Positions 20,606 through 30,906 of a DNA stretch of 64,000 nucleotides are shown one piece after another. Position 1 is the stretch's first letter, and each line of letters starts with the position of its first letter. Source of the DNA: a bacterium (GTDB taxonomy: Bacteria > Patescibacteriota > Minisyncoccia > Moranbacterales > GWC2-37-73). The DNA lies in assembly GCA_003251635.1 (NCBI GenBank), contig QKEW01000008.1, positions 33,489 to 97,488 on the forward strand, in the 5' to 3' direction. Both the position numbers and the translations under genes were made by a program. The notes below the pieces were generated by a model. The model was given only the letters and a program-made list of their open reading frames with translations, had not been told where the DNA came from and did no database searches.

Positions 20606-21508
20606 ATGTCCCTCCAAACTAAATTTGTCTGGCTCAATGGACAGCTCGTCCCATTTGCCAAAGCCCAGATCCACGTTCTCAATCACAGTCTTCATTATGG
20701 CAGTGGAGTTTTCGAAGGAATTCGATTCTATCAAACCTCCAAAGGTCCAGCTGTCTTTCGCCTTAAAGATCATCTTGACCGTCTGGCCCACTCAGCCGAA
20801 GTCATGGGAATGAAGATAAATTTCAATCAAAAAGAACTGATTTTTGCCGTCTCAGAAGTAATAAAAAGAAACCAGTTAAAGGAAGGCTACATCCGCCCTT
20901 TGATTTTCTTTGGCGAAAGAATGGGTCTCAATCCCCAAGGAGCACCTGTAAATGTTTTGATTGCCGCTTGGCCCTGGGGCAAATATCTGGAAAAAGAAAG
21001 TGTAAAAGTAAAAATTTCTTCCCTAAAACGCATCCATCCTGACTCCAGCGTGATGACGGCCAAAATTTGTGGCCACTATGCTAACTCCATTTTAGCCTCA
21101 CTCGAAGCTAAAAAGGCCGGTTTTGATGAAGCTCTTTTTTTGGATTGCTATGGAAATATTGCGGAAGGTCCCGGCGAAAATATCTTTTTTGTCAAAAACC
21201 AAAAAATATATACGCCGCAAATCGGAACAATTTTGCCTGGCCTAACCCGTGACAGCTTGATGTCCCTGGCTAAAGATAACGGATTTTCAATCAATGAAAA
21301 ATCTATTAAACCCAAAGAGCTGAAAAAGTTCGATGAAGCCTTTTTTACCGGCACGGCCGCTGAGGTCAATGCTATTGGTCGAATTGACGAGGTAATCTTC
21401 CAAGACGAGGGCGAAGGCCCTGTAACTAAAAAGTTGCGAGAGGCCTATTTTGAATTGGTTCATGGAGAAAACCAAAAATATCAAAACTGGCTAACTTGGA
21501 TAAGATAA
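20606..21508 (+). CDS. ilvE: Branched-chain amino acid aminotransferase
   Basis: HYGSGVFEGIR, EGPGENIF, ILPGLTR, FFTGTAAEV. Confidence 0.95.
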   Translation: MSLQTKFVWLNGQLVPFAKAQIHVLNHSLHYGSGVFEGIRFYQTSKGPAVFRLKDHLDRLAHSAEVMGMKINFNQKELIFAVSEVIKRNQLKEGYIRPLIFFGERMGLNPQGAPVNVLIAAWPWGKYLEKESVKVKISSLKRIHPDSSVMTAKICGHYANSILASLEAKKAGFDEALFLDCYGNIAEGPGENIFFVKNQKIYTPQIGTILPGLTRDSLMSLAKDNGFSINEKSIKPKELKKFDEAFFTGTAAEVNAIGRIDEVIFQDEGEGPVTKKLREAYFELVHGENQKYQNWLTWIR

Positions 21509-21515
21509 GATCTTT

Positions 21516-21773
21516 ATGGAAAAATTTGATTTAGATAAGTTGCGTCAAGAAATTGACCAAATTGATTGCAAAATTTTCCAGTTGTTGGAAAAACGCTTTG
21601 TCGCTGTCAAAAAAATTGGAAAATACAAAAAAATAAACTCTCTGCCCATAAGAAATGTTGAGCGCGAAAAAGCCATTATAGATGCAAAAATAAAAAGTAC
21701 CGCCTTGCAACCCAAATTTATCAAAAAGTTTTACGAAATAATTTTCAAACATTCCTATGAAATCGAAAAATAA
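21516..21773 (+). CDS. Chorismate mutase (AroQ type)
   Basis: LDKLRQEIDQID...KR...IGKYK...RE. Confidence 0.85.
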   Translation: MEKFDLDKLRQEIDQIDCKIFQLLEKRFVAVKKIGKYKKINSLPIRNVEREKAIIDAKIKSTALQPKFIKKFYEIIFKHSYEIEK

Positions 21774-22350
21774 TCCTATTATTGGCGTTTCTGGACAACT
21801 GGGCAGTTTTTCCCAGCAGGCTGGACAGCACTATTGTCAAAAAAATTCAATCGAAAATTATCAAATGGAATATTTGACCAGCGTCGAGGGAGTTTTGAAA
21901 AATCTAAACGAAGAAAAAATAGATCTAGGGGTATTTCCTATTGAAAACTCCAATGGCGGAATCGTGATTGAAGCCGTTCAAGCCATGTCAAAATATAATT
22001 TCAATATTTTAAAAATGTTTGAAATTGACATCAAGCATTGTCTTTTAGTGAGAAAAGGTGTCAACACCGCCCAAATCCAAAAAATAACCTCCCACCAGCA
22101 AGCACTTCGCCAATGTCGCATGTATCTGAAAAGAAAATGGGTCGACACTGAATTGGAGGAATATTCCGACACCGCTTCGGCCGCCAAAGACCTAGCATCT
22201 GGCAAGTTATCTTCAAGCACAGCCGTTATTGCTTCCGCTAATTGTGCCCAAATTTATGACCTAGATATCTTGGAAGAAGGCATTCAAGATCTAAAATTCA
22301 ACTTCACCACCTTCATTGCTGCCCAGAAAAATAACCGCTCAATATTTTAG
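21757..22350 (+). CDS. pheA: Prephenate dehydratase (no ACT domain)
   Basis: GSFS, PIENSNGG, SHQQALRQC, NFTTF. Confidence 0.85.
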   Translation: MKSKNNPIIGVSGQLGSFSQQAGQHYCQKNSIENYQMEYLTSVEGVLKNLNEEKIDLGVFPIENSNGGIVIEAVQAMSKYNFNILKMFEIDIKHCLLVRKGVNTAQIQKITSHQQALRQCRMYLKRKWVDTELEEYSDTASAAKDLASGKLSSSTAVIASANCAQIYDLDILEEGIQDLKFNFTTFIAAQKNNRSIF

Positions 22351-22428
22351 ATTTTTAGCCATTTTTCCTTTACAAGGCCAAAAATGCGTGATATATTGTT
22401 AAAGGTAAAGACTTAGGAAAAACGCTAA

Positions 22429-22932
22429 ATGCTGAGCAATTTGAGTAACAACCTAATTTTGCTTTCTCTAATCGGAATTTTCAGCTTGCTTGGGCTGTTT
22501 TTTTCTATTTTCGCCCTTTGGAAAATTCGTCAAATCAATCAAAAAAACGAAACTATTTTTTCCGGAAAATCAGTCAGGAGCTTGGAAAGCTTGATTATGG
22601 AACATTCCCACGCCCTAACTCACCTAGACAAAGAGGTTCAAGAATTGTTTGAAATTTCCAATAAAGTCCATTCTCTAGCCTTTCGAGGAATTCACAAGAC
22701 CCATGTTCTGCGTTTTAACCCCTTCAATGATATTGGCGGCAATCAAAGTTTTGTTGTGGCACTGCTTAACGGAAAAAATTCCGGCGTAGTCATTTCTTCT
22801 TTGCACACCCGAGAAGGTACCCGATCCTATGCAAAACCAATAGTAAAAGGCAAATGTGAAGAATATCAATTGACCGAGGAAGAGAAAAAAGCCTTATCAG
22901 AGGCAATGCTCCAAAAAGGAATTAAGCTTTAA
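22429..22932 (+). CDS. DUF4446-like membrane protein
   Basis: N-terminal TM; RFNPFNDIGGNQSF...YAKPI. Confidence 0.8.
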   Translation: MLSNLSNNLILLSLIGIFSLLGLFFSIFALWKIRQINQKNETIFSGKSVRSLESLIMEHSHALTHLDKEVQELFEISNKVHSLAFRGIHKTHVLRFNPFNDIGGNQSFVVALLNGKNSGVVISSLHTREGTRSYAKPIVKGKCEEYQLTEEEKKALSEAMLQKGIKL

Positions 22933-22947
22933 ATTTAAAAAATATCC

Positions 22948-24732
22948 ATGTCAAGCAAAGAGAACGAAAAAATAATCAAAGTTCCCCAAACCGTTACCAT
23001 CAAAAAACTTGGTCTTCTTTTGAATATTCCTGTTTCAACGATCATTACCGAGCTTTTAAAAAACAAGATCCTAGCCACCATCAATGAGGAAATTGACTAT
23101 GAAACAGCCAGTATCATTGCTCAAGATTTAGGCTTTGAGACTGAACAACTTATTGAAAATGACAAGGACAGCGCTATGACGTTGGAAAAATTGTTGGAAA
23201 TCTGCAAAACCGAAAAAGAGTCTGGCAAAAACCTGCAAACTCGTCCTCCGATTGTCACCATCTTGGGTCACGTTGATCACGGAAAAACCACTCTTCTCGA
23301 CACAATTCGAAAAACTTCCATAGCCGAAAAGGAGGCTGGCGGCATAACCCAACATATCAGTGCCTATCAAACCAAAAAGAAAGGTAAATTGATAACTTTT
23401 GTAGATACTCCAGGTCACGAAGCATTTTCCGGAATGCGCGAGCGAGGCGTAAGCATTGCAGATATTGCTGTTTTAGTGGTAGCCGCCGATGATGGCGTCC
23501 GACCACAAACCAAAGAAGTGATTGCGTATTTAAAAGAAAAGAAGATTCCAACGGTGGTGGCCATCAACAAAATTGACAAACCGGAAATCAATCTTCAAAA
23601 AGTCAAACAAGAGCTTGCTGATAACGATATTTTAATTGAACAATGGGGTGGAAAATATATTTGCAGCGAAGTTAGTGCCAAAAATAATATTGGAATTGAT
23701 GATCTTTTGGAAAATATTTTACTTTTGGCTGAAATTGAAGACTTCAAGGCTGATGAAAAAAGAAATGCCCTGGGAATCGTTTTGGAATCACACCTTGATC
23801 CCCACAAAGGTCCGGTAGCCACCATTTTGGTCAAAACTGGAACTTTGAAAGTTGGCCAAGATGTTGTGGTTGGCAAAACCTATGGTCGAGTTCGAAAAAT
23901 TGAAGACTTTACCGGAAAATCACTAAATAGCGCCGCTCCCTCAACCCCAATCTCCATCATGGGTCTATCTGACACACCCAATACCAACGATATTTTACAG
24001 GTAGCTGACGGAAAAACAGCTGCCAGACTCAAATCAAAAAATGCCGAGGAAAATTCTGGAAATGGTAGAGAAAGCCTAACTTCCCAAAACATGCTAAGGC
24101 GTATTGAAGACGAAAAAATTCAAAAATTGAACATCATCCTTAAAGCTGATGTTCAAGGATCGCTGGAAGCTATTGAACAAATTCTTTCCACCATCAAATC
24201 TGACGAAGTTTGTGTAAATTACCTAGAAATAGGCGTTGGCTCAATTACCGAATCAGATATCAAAATTGCTGCTCCTTCCAAGGCCATTATTTTTGGCTTC
24301 AACACCCAACCAACTCCGGTGGCCAAAAGATTAGCCGAGGCTAACGAAGTCCAAATCAAAACTTATCGCATAATTTATGAATTGGTAGCAGAAATTAAAG
24401 ACCTTCTTTCGGCTTTGTTGCCACCAGAGATTATTCGAACAGATTTTGGTAAGGTAGAAGTCTTGGCAATATTCAAAAATGGCAAAAAAGAAATGATTGT
24501 TGGCGGTAAAGTCAAAAAAGGCAAGATTGTTAAAAATTCCAGGTTGGAAGTTTGGCGAGATGAAAGGATTATTGGACATGGAATCATGACAAACTTGCAA
24601 CAAAACAAGATTCCAGCCGATGAAGTCAAGCAGAACAATGAGTGTGGTCTTGTTTTCGAAGGCGAAACCAAGCTGAAAGTCGGCGATATTCTGGCCAGCT
24701 ATCACGAGCAAGAAAAACCTAAAAGTCTATGA
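22948..24732 (+). CDS. infB: Translation initiation factor IF-2
   Basis: GHVDHGKTT, EAGGITQHI, DTPGHEAF, NKID. Confidence 0.97.
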   Translation: MSSKENEKIIKVPQTVTIKKLGLLLNIPVSTIITELLKNKILATINEEIDYETASIIAQDLGFETEQLIENDKDSAMTLEKLLEICKTEKESGKNLQTRPPIVTILGHVDHGKTTLLDTIRKTSIAEKEAGGITQHISAYQTKKKGKLITFVDTPGHEAFSGMRERGVSIADIAVLVVAADDGVRPQTKEVIAYLKEKKIPTVVAINKIDKPEINLQKVKQELADNDILIEQWGGKYICSEVSAKNNIGIDDLLENILLLAEIEDFKADEKRNALGIVLESHLDPHKGPVATILVKTGTLKVGQDVVVGKTYGRVRKIEDFTGKSLNSAAPSTPISIMGLSDTPNTNDILQVADGKTAARLKSKNAEENSGNGRESLTSQNMLRRIEDEKIQKLNIILKADVQGSLEAIEQILSTIKSDEVCVNYLEIGVGSITESDIKIAAPSKAIIFGFNTQPTPVAKRLAEANEVQIKTYRIIYELVAEIKDLLSALLPPEIIRTDFGKVEVLAIFKNGKKEMIVGGKVKKGKIVKNSRLEVWRDERIIGHGIMTNLQQNKIPADEVKQNNECGLVFEGETKLKVGDILASYHEQEKPKSL

Positions 24733-25061
24733 GCCAAAGAATTGAAAAAATAAATTCACTTATCCAAAAAAGCTTGGCTGAAATTTTAAACAAAAATCTC
24801 AGCCTGAAGCTCGGAGTCTTCCTAACAGTAGTTAAAGTTGACACCACTGCCGATCTGCGCTACACTCGGATATTCTTGAGTGTTTTTCCTGAAAAAGAAA
24901 CGCATTATGTCGAGCAAACGCTAAAAAAGGAAAAGAATTCATTGCAAAAAACTCTACATCGAAGACTTTGCATGAAACCTTTGCCTAAACTGGTTTTTCA
25001 AATTGATGACACTGAAGCTCGCGCCGACGAAATCGAAAAAATACTCAAGGACCTGAACTAA
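24729..25061 (+). CDS. rbfA: Ribosome-binding factor A
   Basis: Follows infB; SQRIEKIN...TADLR...PKLVF.ID. Confidence 0.9.
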   Translation: MSQRIEKINSLIQKSLAEILNKNLSLKLGVFLTVVKVDTTADLRYTRIFLSVFPEKETHYVEQTLKKEKNSLQKTLHRRLCMKPLPKLVFQIDDTEARADEIEKILKDLN

Positions 25062-25092
25062 TTCGACCTGAAAAATCAGCCTTTTTCGATTT

Positions 25093-26052
25093 ATGCCAAA
25101 TTTTAACCAAGAATTTAAAACTCTTTTATACATAATTAAAAAATCCGAAAAAATCCTTCTGGTTGCCCATAGCGCTCCTGATGGTGACACAACCGGATCA
25201 GTTCTGGCTCTTAGAGAATACATTCATAAACTTGGCAAAAAAGTAGACATTGTCTGCGAAGATGAATTTCCGGATTTTTTACTTCCTCTTTCTCAAGAAA
25301 GCTTCCAAAAACCAAGCGCCTTGGAAATTTCCAGCTATGACGCCATCATCGGTTGCGACAGCGTCGAAAGAGGTTTTGACCGAATAATCGCCCAAGCTTC
25401 ACCCAAAACCGTCACCGCTTTTCTGGATCATCACCCAGACATCACTCTAAAAGCCGACGTGGAAATTCTTGATCCAAAGAAATCTTCAGTTTGTGAAATC
25501 ATTTACGACTTCTTCCTTTTTCACCAAATTCCGATTGATCGCAAAATGGCCACCTTTTTAATGTTGGGCATCCTTTCTGATACCGGAAATTTTCAACACG
25601 CCAACACCAGCACCCACGTCATGGAAATTTCTTCCGAACTGATGAAACGCGGGGCTTCTTTTGCCAAGATAATCAACCTGACTTTTTCCAACAAAAAAAT
25701 TTCCACCCTCAAACTTTGGGGCATCGCTTTTGAAAAAGCCCGTATCAATCCCAAAAATGGCATGATCTCGACTGTTTTAACTCAAGAAGACATCAACCAA
25801 TGCGACGCCTCAACTGAAGATATTGGCCAAGTAGCTTCCATTCTCAATACCGTTCCTGGCACCAAATTCTCTTTGATTCTTTCTCAGCGCGAAGGCGGAG
25901 TTATCAAGGGCAGTTTGCGTAGCGAGCAGTACAAAAATGTGGACGTCTCCAAAATAGCCCACCAATTTGGCGGCGGCGGCCACAAACTAGCCAGCGGTTT
26001 TTCCATTAAAGGTCAACTTCTTGAAACCCCCGAAGGCTGGGTGGTTCAATAA
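25093..26052 (+). CDS. nrnA: DHH/DHHA1 phosphoesterase (NrnA)
   Basis: H..PDGD, LDHH, SDTGNF, FGGGGHKLASG. Confidence 0.9.
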   Translation: MPNFNQEFKTLLYIIKKSEKILLVAHSAPDGDTTGSVLALREYIHKLGKKVDIVCEDEFPDFLLPLSQESFQKPSALEISSYDAIIGCDSVERGFDRIIAQASPKTVTAFLDHHPDITLKADVEILDPKKSSVCEIIYDFFLFHQIPIDRKMATFLMLGILSDTGNFQHANTSTHVMEISSELMKRGASFAKIINLTFSNKKISTLKLWGIAFEKARINPKNGMISTVLTQEDINQCDASTEDIGQVASILNTVPGTKFSLILSQREGGVIKGSLRSEQYKNVDVSKIAHQFGGGGHKLASGFSIKGQLLETPEGWVVQ

Positions 26053-26092
26053 ATTTCACAAAAAATAACTGCCCATTTTAATGGGCATTGAT

Positions 26093-26278
26093 CAAGCATT
26101 GCGAAGCGCGTTTGGAAATTCCAATCAAGCGAGCGCTAAAAATTTATCTAGCTCGCCAAAGGCGAGGTCTTAAATTTTAGTGAGCTAGATTAGGAATTTC
26201 AACAGCGCGAGTCATGCTTGCGCTTCCCTGTCTGCCGACAGGCAGGTTTTGTAACTTTTCTTGGCGTTAAGAAAAGTT
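26093..26278. repeat. Long imperfect intergenic hairpin with nested 20-nt palindrome
   Basis: CAAGCAT...ATGCTTG stem of about 128 nt with apex CTCGCC-AAA-GGCGAG; CCTGTCTGCCGACAGGCAGG at 26227-26246; AACTTTTCTT/AAGAAAAGTT hairpin. Confidence 0.75.
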
Positions 26279-26336
26279 AATAAAAATAATTCAAAAAAAA
26301 TTTTAAATTATTGAGTTTGCGACCACTAATTCAGAT

Positions 26337-27065
26337 TTATTTGAAATACTCCAGCTTCACCTCTTCTCCCACCACCACATAAGAACAATTGCCCAGCCAA
26401 TCGCCGCTGTTGGCATAGATTAAGCCATCCGGATTTTCCACCAACTCCGGCCAATGAGTGTGGCCCATAATGATTCCGCTCATCTTACGCGACCGAGCAT
26501 AAGCCAAAGCCAAAGCGCGAATCCTTTCCACAATTTCCGCATATTTTTTTGACTTTTTCTTAGTGGAAAGAGTTTTTCTTTTGCGTCCAAAAAAACGCCG
26601 AAAAAAGGCGCTGGATTTAACCAAAAAAATGTAAAGTTGATCCAACAAGATTGAAACGATCACATGATTGCGCGTGAAAGAGTCAAATTCATCGCCATGT
26701 AAAACCAAATATTTTTTATGATTGGAATGAATCACATATTCCGGTCGAATTTTAATTTTACCAAAAGTAAATCTGGAAAAAGCTCGAAAAGCCCGGTCGT
26801 GATTACCAGGAACATACACGATTTTAGTCCCTTCCTCAGAAAGCCGAGCAAATTTAGTGACAATATGATGTTCTTTTCGATCAATGTTTTTGTAATTGGT
26901 GCTCCAAAACTCAAAGGCATCTCCAGCGATGATCAAGCGCTTGGGAGGATTATCCAAAAGCAGGCTTAAAAAATGAGAAAGTTTTTCCACCTTGGCATGT
27001 TTAGTGCCTAAATGAAAATCACTAATAACAATCGTATCTTCTTTTTTATAAGTCAAAATCTGCAT
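26337..27065 (-). CDS. Metallophosphoesterase, LpxH-like
   Basis: ISDFHLG, GDAFE, GNHD, HGD, GHTH, NSGDW. Confidence 0.85.
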   Translation of the reverse strand: MQILTYKKEDTIVISDFHLGTKHAKVEKLSHFLSLLLDNPPKRLIIAGDAFEFWSTNYKNIDRKEHHIVTKFARLSEEGTKIVYVPGNHDRAFRAFSRFTFGKIKIRPEYVIHSNHKKYLVLHGDEFDSFTRNHVIVSILLDQLYIFLVKSSAFFRRFFGRKRKTLSTKKKSKKYAEIVERIRALALAYARSRKMSGIIMGHTHWPELVENPDGLIYANSGDWLGNCSYVVVGEEVKLEYFK

Positions 27066-27224
27066 GTTTTTTGTTTTTAAAACAAAACAAAGACGGCTCA
27101 CCCGTCTTTATAAATTGATTATAACATAATTTAGAGTTTGATGCAAACATCTTTAGTCTCAAAACTTGAACCCAGTTATTTAAAGATGCTATAATAAAAA
27201 CAAATTTATAATTAGAAAATATTT

Positions 27225-28637
27225 ATGTCCAATCTTGCTCACAAATTAGAAGACCCAGCTATTCCAGAAACAGAAACACCCAAGCAAAAAATCGAAATAA
27301 AGGAACTAGACCAAAGAGAATTAGATAAGCCATGTTTTGAGGTCCTAAAGAGAAAGGCTGAAACAATGAGAGCTTTGATACCAAACGAAAATTCCTCCGA
27401 TCTTTTGGAAGAACTTGGGAATCTTGAAACTGAAATTGAAGAACTTACCAGCAAAGTTGATCCATACGAAGTGACTGATAGAAAAAATCGACTGGTTTTG
27501 GCTTTATACGAAAAATTAAATGATCTCCATATTAAAATCATTAGACTCCAACAAACTCCTCAGCAAGCCAAGGAAACAAAAGAAATAAGTTCCGAATTAC
27601 ACCTAGTTGATTCTCGAAAACCCTATGAAGATAGCGAGAGTTATACAAAAAACAAAGGTCCCGTTTGGAAATTTGCTCGCTGGGCTCTAGAGGATTCTTG
27701 GCCGGCTCAAAAATTTTTTGGATGGCTATACAAAAAACCTGGAGAAAAAACTACTCAACAATCATCAATAATTCCCGAATCTTCAACTATCGAACCACCT
27801 AAATCACCACTTCCTGAAGTAAAAAAAGTTCAGGATAGAAAAGAAACGAATCATAAACTGACTTCAAATCATGAAAGCATTTCCAATCCCGAGGCCAACA
27901 GAATAAATCAAGACTTCTATGTAAATAATTCAAAAGATCAGATTTTTGGCGTTTTTGATGGAGTTAGCCAAAGCAAAGAAGCTGCCATGGCATCTCGTTT
28001 CGTGGCAACCTATATTGAAAATCATCTAAAAAAAGGAATTTCAATGCTTGATTCAATTGAAAAAGCCAAAGAGTTAATGCATGAAGCCATAAATCAAGCT
28101 CACAAAAAATTAAAAATAACATTTCCAGGATCCGAAACCACCGGAACAGTTTCCTTTATTTTTAGGGGTCACCTAATTACCGGACAAATTGGGGATAGCC
28201 GTTGTTACCTTTTTCGCAAAAACAAGTTGAAAAAAATTACCCAAGATGATTCAAAAATCCCTCCAAAAGTCATCGATTTTTTTGACACTGTTACTGATAT
28301 TGACAAAGATTTTAGAGAATTTGCCAAATCCTCAAAATATTCAGAGCAAGAGTTGAATTTTTTCTGGCAAAATAGCGCAAAAATCGAACAGGCATTTGGA
28401 TCTGAAAAACATTTTAAAAATCCGACTATTACAGCAACCAAACTTGAATCTGGTGACCGTCTCCTTTACAGCTCCGATGGCGTGCATGATAATTTAACCA
28501 ATACAGAACTAGAACGCCACATGCAAATCGGATCTTCTGCCAAACAAATTGCCGAAGCAGCCCATGTATTTTCCCTTGGGAATGGAGACAGGCCAAAAAA
28601 AGATGATACAACAGCAGTTGTCGTTGAATTTAAATAA
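27225..28637 (+). CDS. PP2C-family Ser/Thr phosphatase with N-terminal extension
   Basis: NQD, GVFDGV, ETTGT, IGDSRCY, SDGVHDN, DDTT. Confidence 0.9.
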   Translation: MSNLAHKLEDPAIPETETPKQKIEIKELDQRELDKPCFEVLKRKAETMRALIPNENSSDLLEELGNLETEIEELTSKVDPYEVTDRKNRLVLALYEKLNDLHIKIIRLQQTPQQAKETKEISSELHLVDSRKPYEDSESYTKNKGPVWKFARWALEDSWPAQKFFGWLYKKPGEKTTQQSSIIPESSTIEPPKSPLPEVKKVQDRKETNHKLTSNHESISNPEANRINQDFYVNNSKDQIFGVFDGVSQSKEAAMASRFVATYIENHLKKGISMLDSIEKAKELMHEAINQAHKKLKITFPGSETTGTVSFIFRGHLITGQIGDSRCYLFRKNKLKKITQDDSKIPPKVIDFFDTVTDIDKDFREFAKSSKYSEQELNFFWQNSAKIEQAFGSEKHFKNPTITATKLESGDRLLYSSDGVHDNLTNTELERHMQIGSSAKQIAEAAHVFSLGNGDRPKKDDTTAVVVEFK

Positions 28638-28651
28638 ATCATTCTTATATC

Positions 28652-29476
28652 ATGCTGATTGGTTGCCACGTTTCCATCGCTGGCGGAATTGAAAAAGCGC
28701 CCGAAAGAGCGGCGGATTTGGGCTGCGAAACCATGCAAATTTTCACCCGCTCGCCTCAAGGTGGAAAAACTTCACCCCTAACTAAAGAAATTATCCAAAA
28801 ATTTCAAGAAAATCTGAAAAAATTTCAAATTCAAAATTTTGTCATTCACACCCCCTATTACATCAATCTAGCCTCCGTCAACAATCGCATCCGCTATGGT
28901 TCAGTCAAAGCCATCACCGAAGAACTGGAGAGAGCCAACTCGCTGGGAGCTGAATTTGTGATGACTCACCTAGGCAGCGCCAAGGAAGGATCACGAACAG
29001 ACAATTTGGAAAAAGTGTGCCAGATGCTCCAGGAATCTTTGGAAAAATATTCCGGCAAAACCCGACTTCTTTTGGAAAACAGCGCTGGTGCCGGTCAAAT
29101 AATCGGCGACGATTTGAGTGAATTGGCGACAATAATCAAGTGCGTTGGCGATCCAAAAATTGCCGGCATTTGTCTGGACACTCAACATTCTTTTGCCAGC
29201 GGCTACGATTGGCGTGATTTTGACCAAACATTGCAAAAAATCGACCGGCAAATCGGCTTGGATAAAATCAAACTTTTTCATGTCAATGATTCCCTGACTG
29301 AATTAGGATCTAAAAAAGACCGCCATGCTCACATTGGTCAAGGTCAAATCGGCGCCGAACCATTCCAAAAAATTGTCAGCTTTGCCCAAAAAAATAAAAT
29401 CAATTTGATTTTGGAAACCCAACATGACCAAGTCCGTGAAGATATTGAGATTTTGAAAAAATTCCAAAATTCCTAA
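28652..29476 (+). CDS. nfo: Endonuclease IV
   Basis: IGCHVSIAGG, HTPYYINL, LLENSAG, CLDTQH, HVNDS, DRH. Confidence 0.95.
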   Translation: MLIGCHVSIAGGIEKAPERAADLGCETMQIFTRSPQGGKTSPLTKEIIQKFQENLKKFQIQNFVIHTPYYINLASVNNRIRYGSVKAITEELERANSLGAEFVMTHLGSAKEGSRTDNLEKVCQMLQESLEKYSGKTRLLLENSAGAGQIIGDDLSELATIIKCVGDPKIAGICLDTQHSFASGYDWRDFDQTLQKIDRQIGLDKIKLFHVNDSLTELGSKKDRHAHIGQGQIGAEPFQKIVSFAQKNKINLILETQHDQVREDIEILKKFQNS

Positions 29477-29540
29477 TTTTTGTTTTTTTGTTTTAATGCT
29501 CTAGCGCTTTAATATTTTGATGTTTTTTAATAAAATCAAA

Positions 29541-30071
29541 ATGAAACTAGCCATCATTTCCGACATTCACGACAATCTGCCCAATCTCAAAAAGGTTTTG
29601 GCTTATTGTCGGGAAAACAAAATTGAAAAACTGATCCATTGCGGCGACTTGGCCGAAATTGAAACTCTGGATTTCATTATCGCCAATTTTGACGGCGACA
29701 TTTTTTGGACTTTTGGTAACATGGACTTGGAGCACAGCGCCACCTATCCTTTTTCGGACGGAAAATATAAAAATATCCAAATTTTTTCCCGTCACGGAGA
29801 AGTCGAAATCGCCAACCACAGGATGGCTTTTGTACACTATCAGGACTATGCCAAAAGATTATGTGAAGATGGGCGCTTTGATTTTGTTTTTTATGGCCAC
29901 ACCCACAAACCCTGGACTGAAAAAATAATTTCCGAACAAAATGGCAAAGTTTGTGAGATGCTCAACCCTGGCAACGTGGCCAATCAACATTACCCACCGA
30001 CTTTTGCCGTTTGGGACAGCCTGAGTGATCAGTTTAGCCTAATTCGAGTTAACGAACTAAAAAATGGATAA
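29541..30071 (+). CDS. YfcE-family metallophosphoesterase
   Basis: ISDIHDN, HCGD, GN.D, GHTH, NPG. Confidence 0.85.
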   Translation: MKLAIISDIHDNLPNLKKVLAYCRENKIEKLIHCGDLAEIETLDFIIANFDGDIFWTFGNMDLEHSATYPFSDGKYKNIQIFSRHGEVEIANHRMAFVHYQDYAKRLCEDGRFDFVFYGHTHKPWTEKIISEQNGKVCEMLNPGNVANQHYPPTFAVWDSLSDQFSLIRVNELKNG

Positions 30072-30642
30072 AATAGCGGCCTTGCAAAAACTAAATGAGC
30101 AAATGCTTTCTTGCCAAAAATGCCAATTGCGCCAAAGCTGCCAGCGGGTCGTGCCCGGAGCCGGCAATCCGCAGGCTAATATCATGTTTATTGGCGAAGC
30201 TCCAGGCAAAAAAGAGGATGAACTGGGCGTGCCTTTTGTAGGGGCGGCTGGAAAATTTCTAGATGAAATGCTCGCTTCCATCAACCTCAAAAGAGAAGAT
30301 GTCTACATTGCCAATGTTTGCAAGTGCCGTCCACCCCAAAACCGCGACCCTTTACCGGAAGAAATCGAAACCTGCTGGCCCTGGTTGGAAAAGCAGATAA
30401 ATTTGATCAATCCAAAATTAATCATCACGTTGGGTCGTCATTCTTTGGGTCGCTTTGTGCCACATCTGAAAATTTCCGAAGCTCATGGCCAGGTTTTTCG
30501 CCGCACCATGCCAAACATTGGCCAAAGATATTTTTTCGCCCTCTATCACCCGGCTGCCGCTCTCTATAACGGCTCGATGCGCCAAACGCTTCTTGCAGAT
30601 TTTCAAAAAATTCCTCAGGCTTTGAAAAAAATCGAGGCTTAG
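30064..30642 (+). CDS. udg: Uracil-DNA glycosylase family 4
   Basis: C..C.L, GEAPG, PFVG, KCRPP.NR, YHPAA. Confidence 0.92.
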   Translation: MDKIAALQKLNEQMLSCQKCQLRQSCQRVVPGAGNPQANIMFIGEAPGKKEDELGVPFVGAAGKFLDEMLASINLKREDVYIANVCKCRPPQNRDPLPEEIETCWPWLEKQINLINPKLIITLGRHSLGRFVPHLKISEAHGQVFRRTMPNIGQRYFFALYHPAAALYNGSMRQTLLADFQKIPQALKKIEA

Positions 30643-30698
30643 AAATGGGCTTTTGATTGACTAGAACCTTGGTTCTTGCTAAGCTGATTTTGTGAATT

Positions 30699-30769
30699 GG
30701 TCCGATGGCCGAGTGGTTAGGCACGAGTCTGCAAAACTTGTTACAGCAGTTCAATTCTGCTTCGGACCT
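30699..30769 (+). tRNA. tRNA-Cys(GCA)
   Basis: GGTCCGA...TCGGACC-T, loop CTGCAAA. Confidence 0.93.
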
Positions 30770-30796
30770 CAAATTTTTGAAAATGTTTTTATTTGC

Positions 30797-30881
30797 GCCG
30801 CGGTGGTGAAATTGGTATACACAGGGGACTTAAAATCCCCCGGACTTATCCTCCGTGCGGGTTCGAGTCCCGCCCGCGGCA
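30797..30881 (+). tRNA. tRNA-Leu(TAA)
   Basis: GCCGCGG...CCGCGGC-A, loop CTTAAAA, long variable arm. Confidence 0.95.
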
Positions 30882-30906
30882 CCCAAAAAATTAAAATTAT
30901 AGTTTC

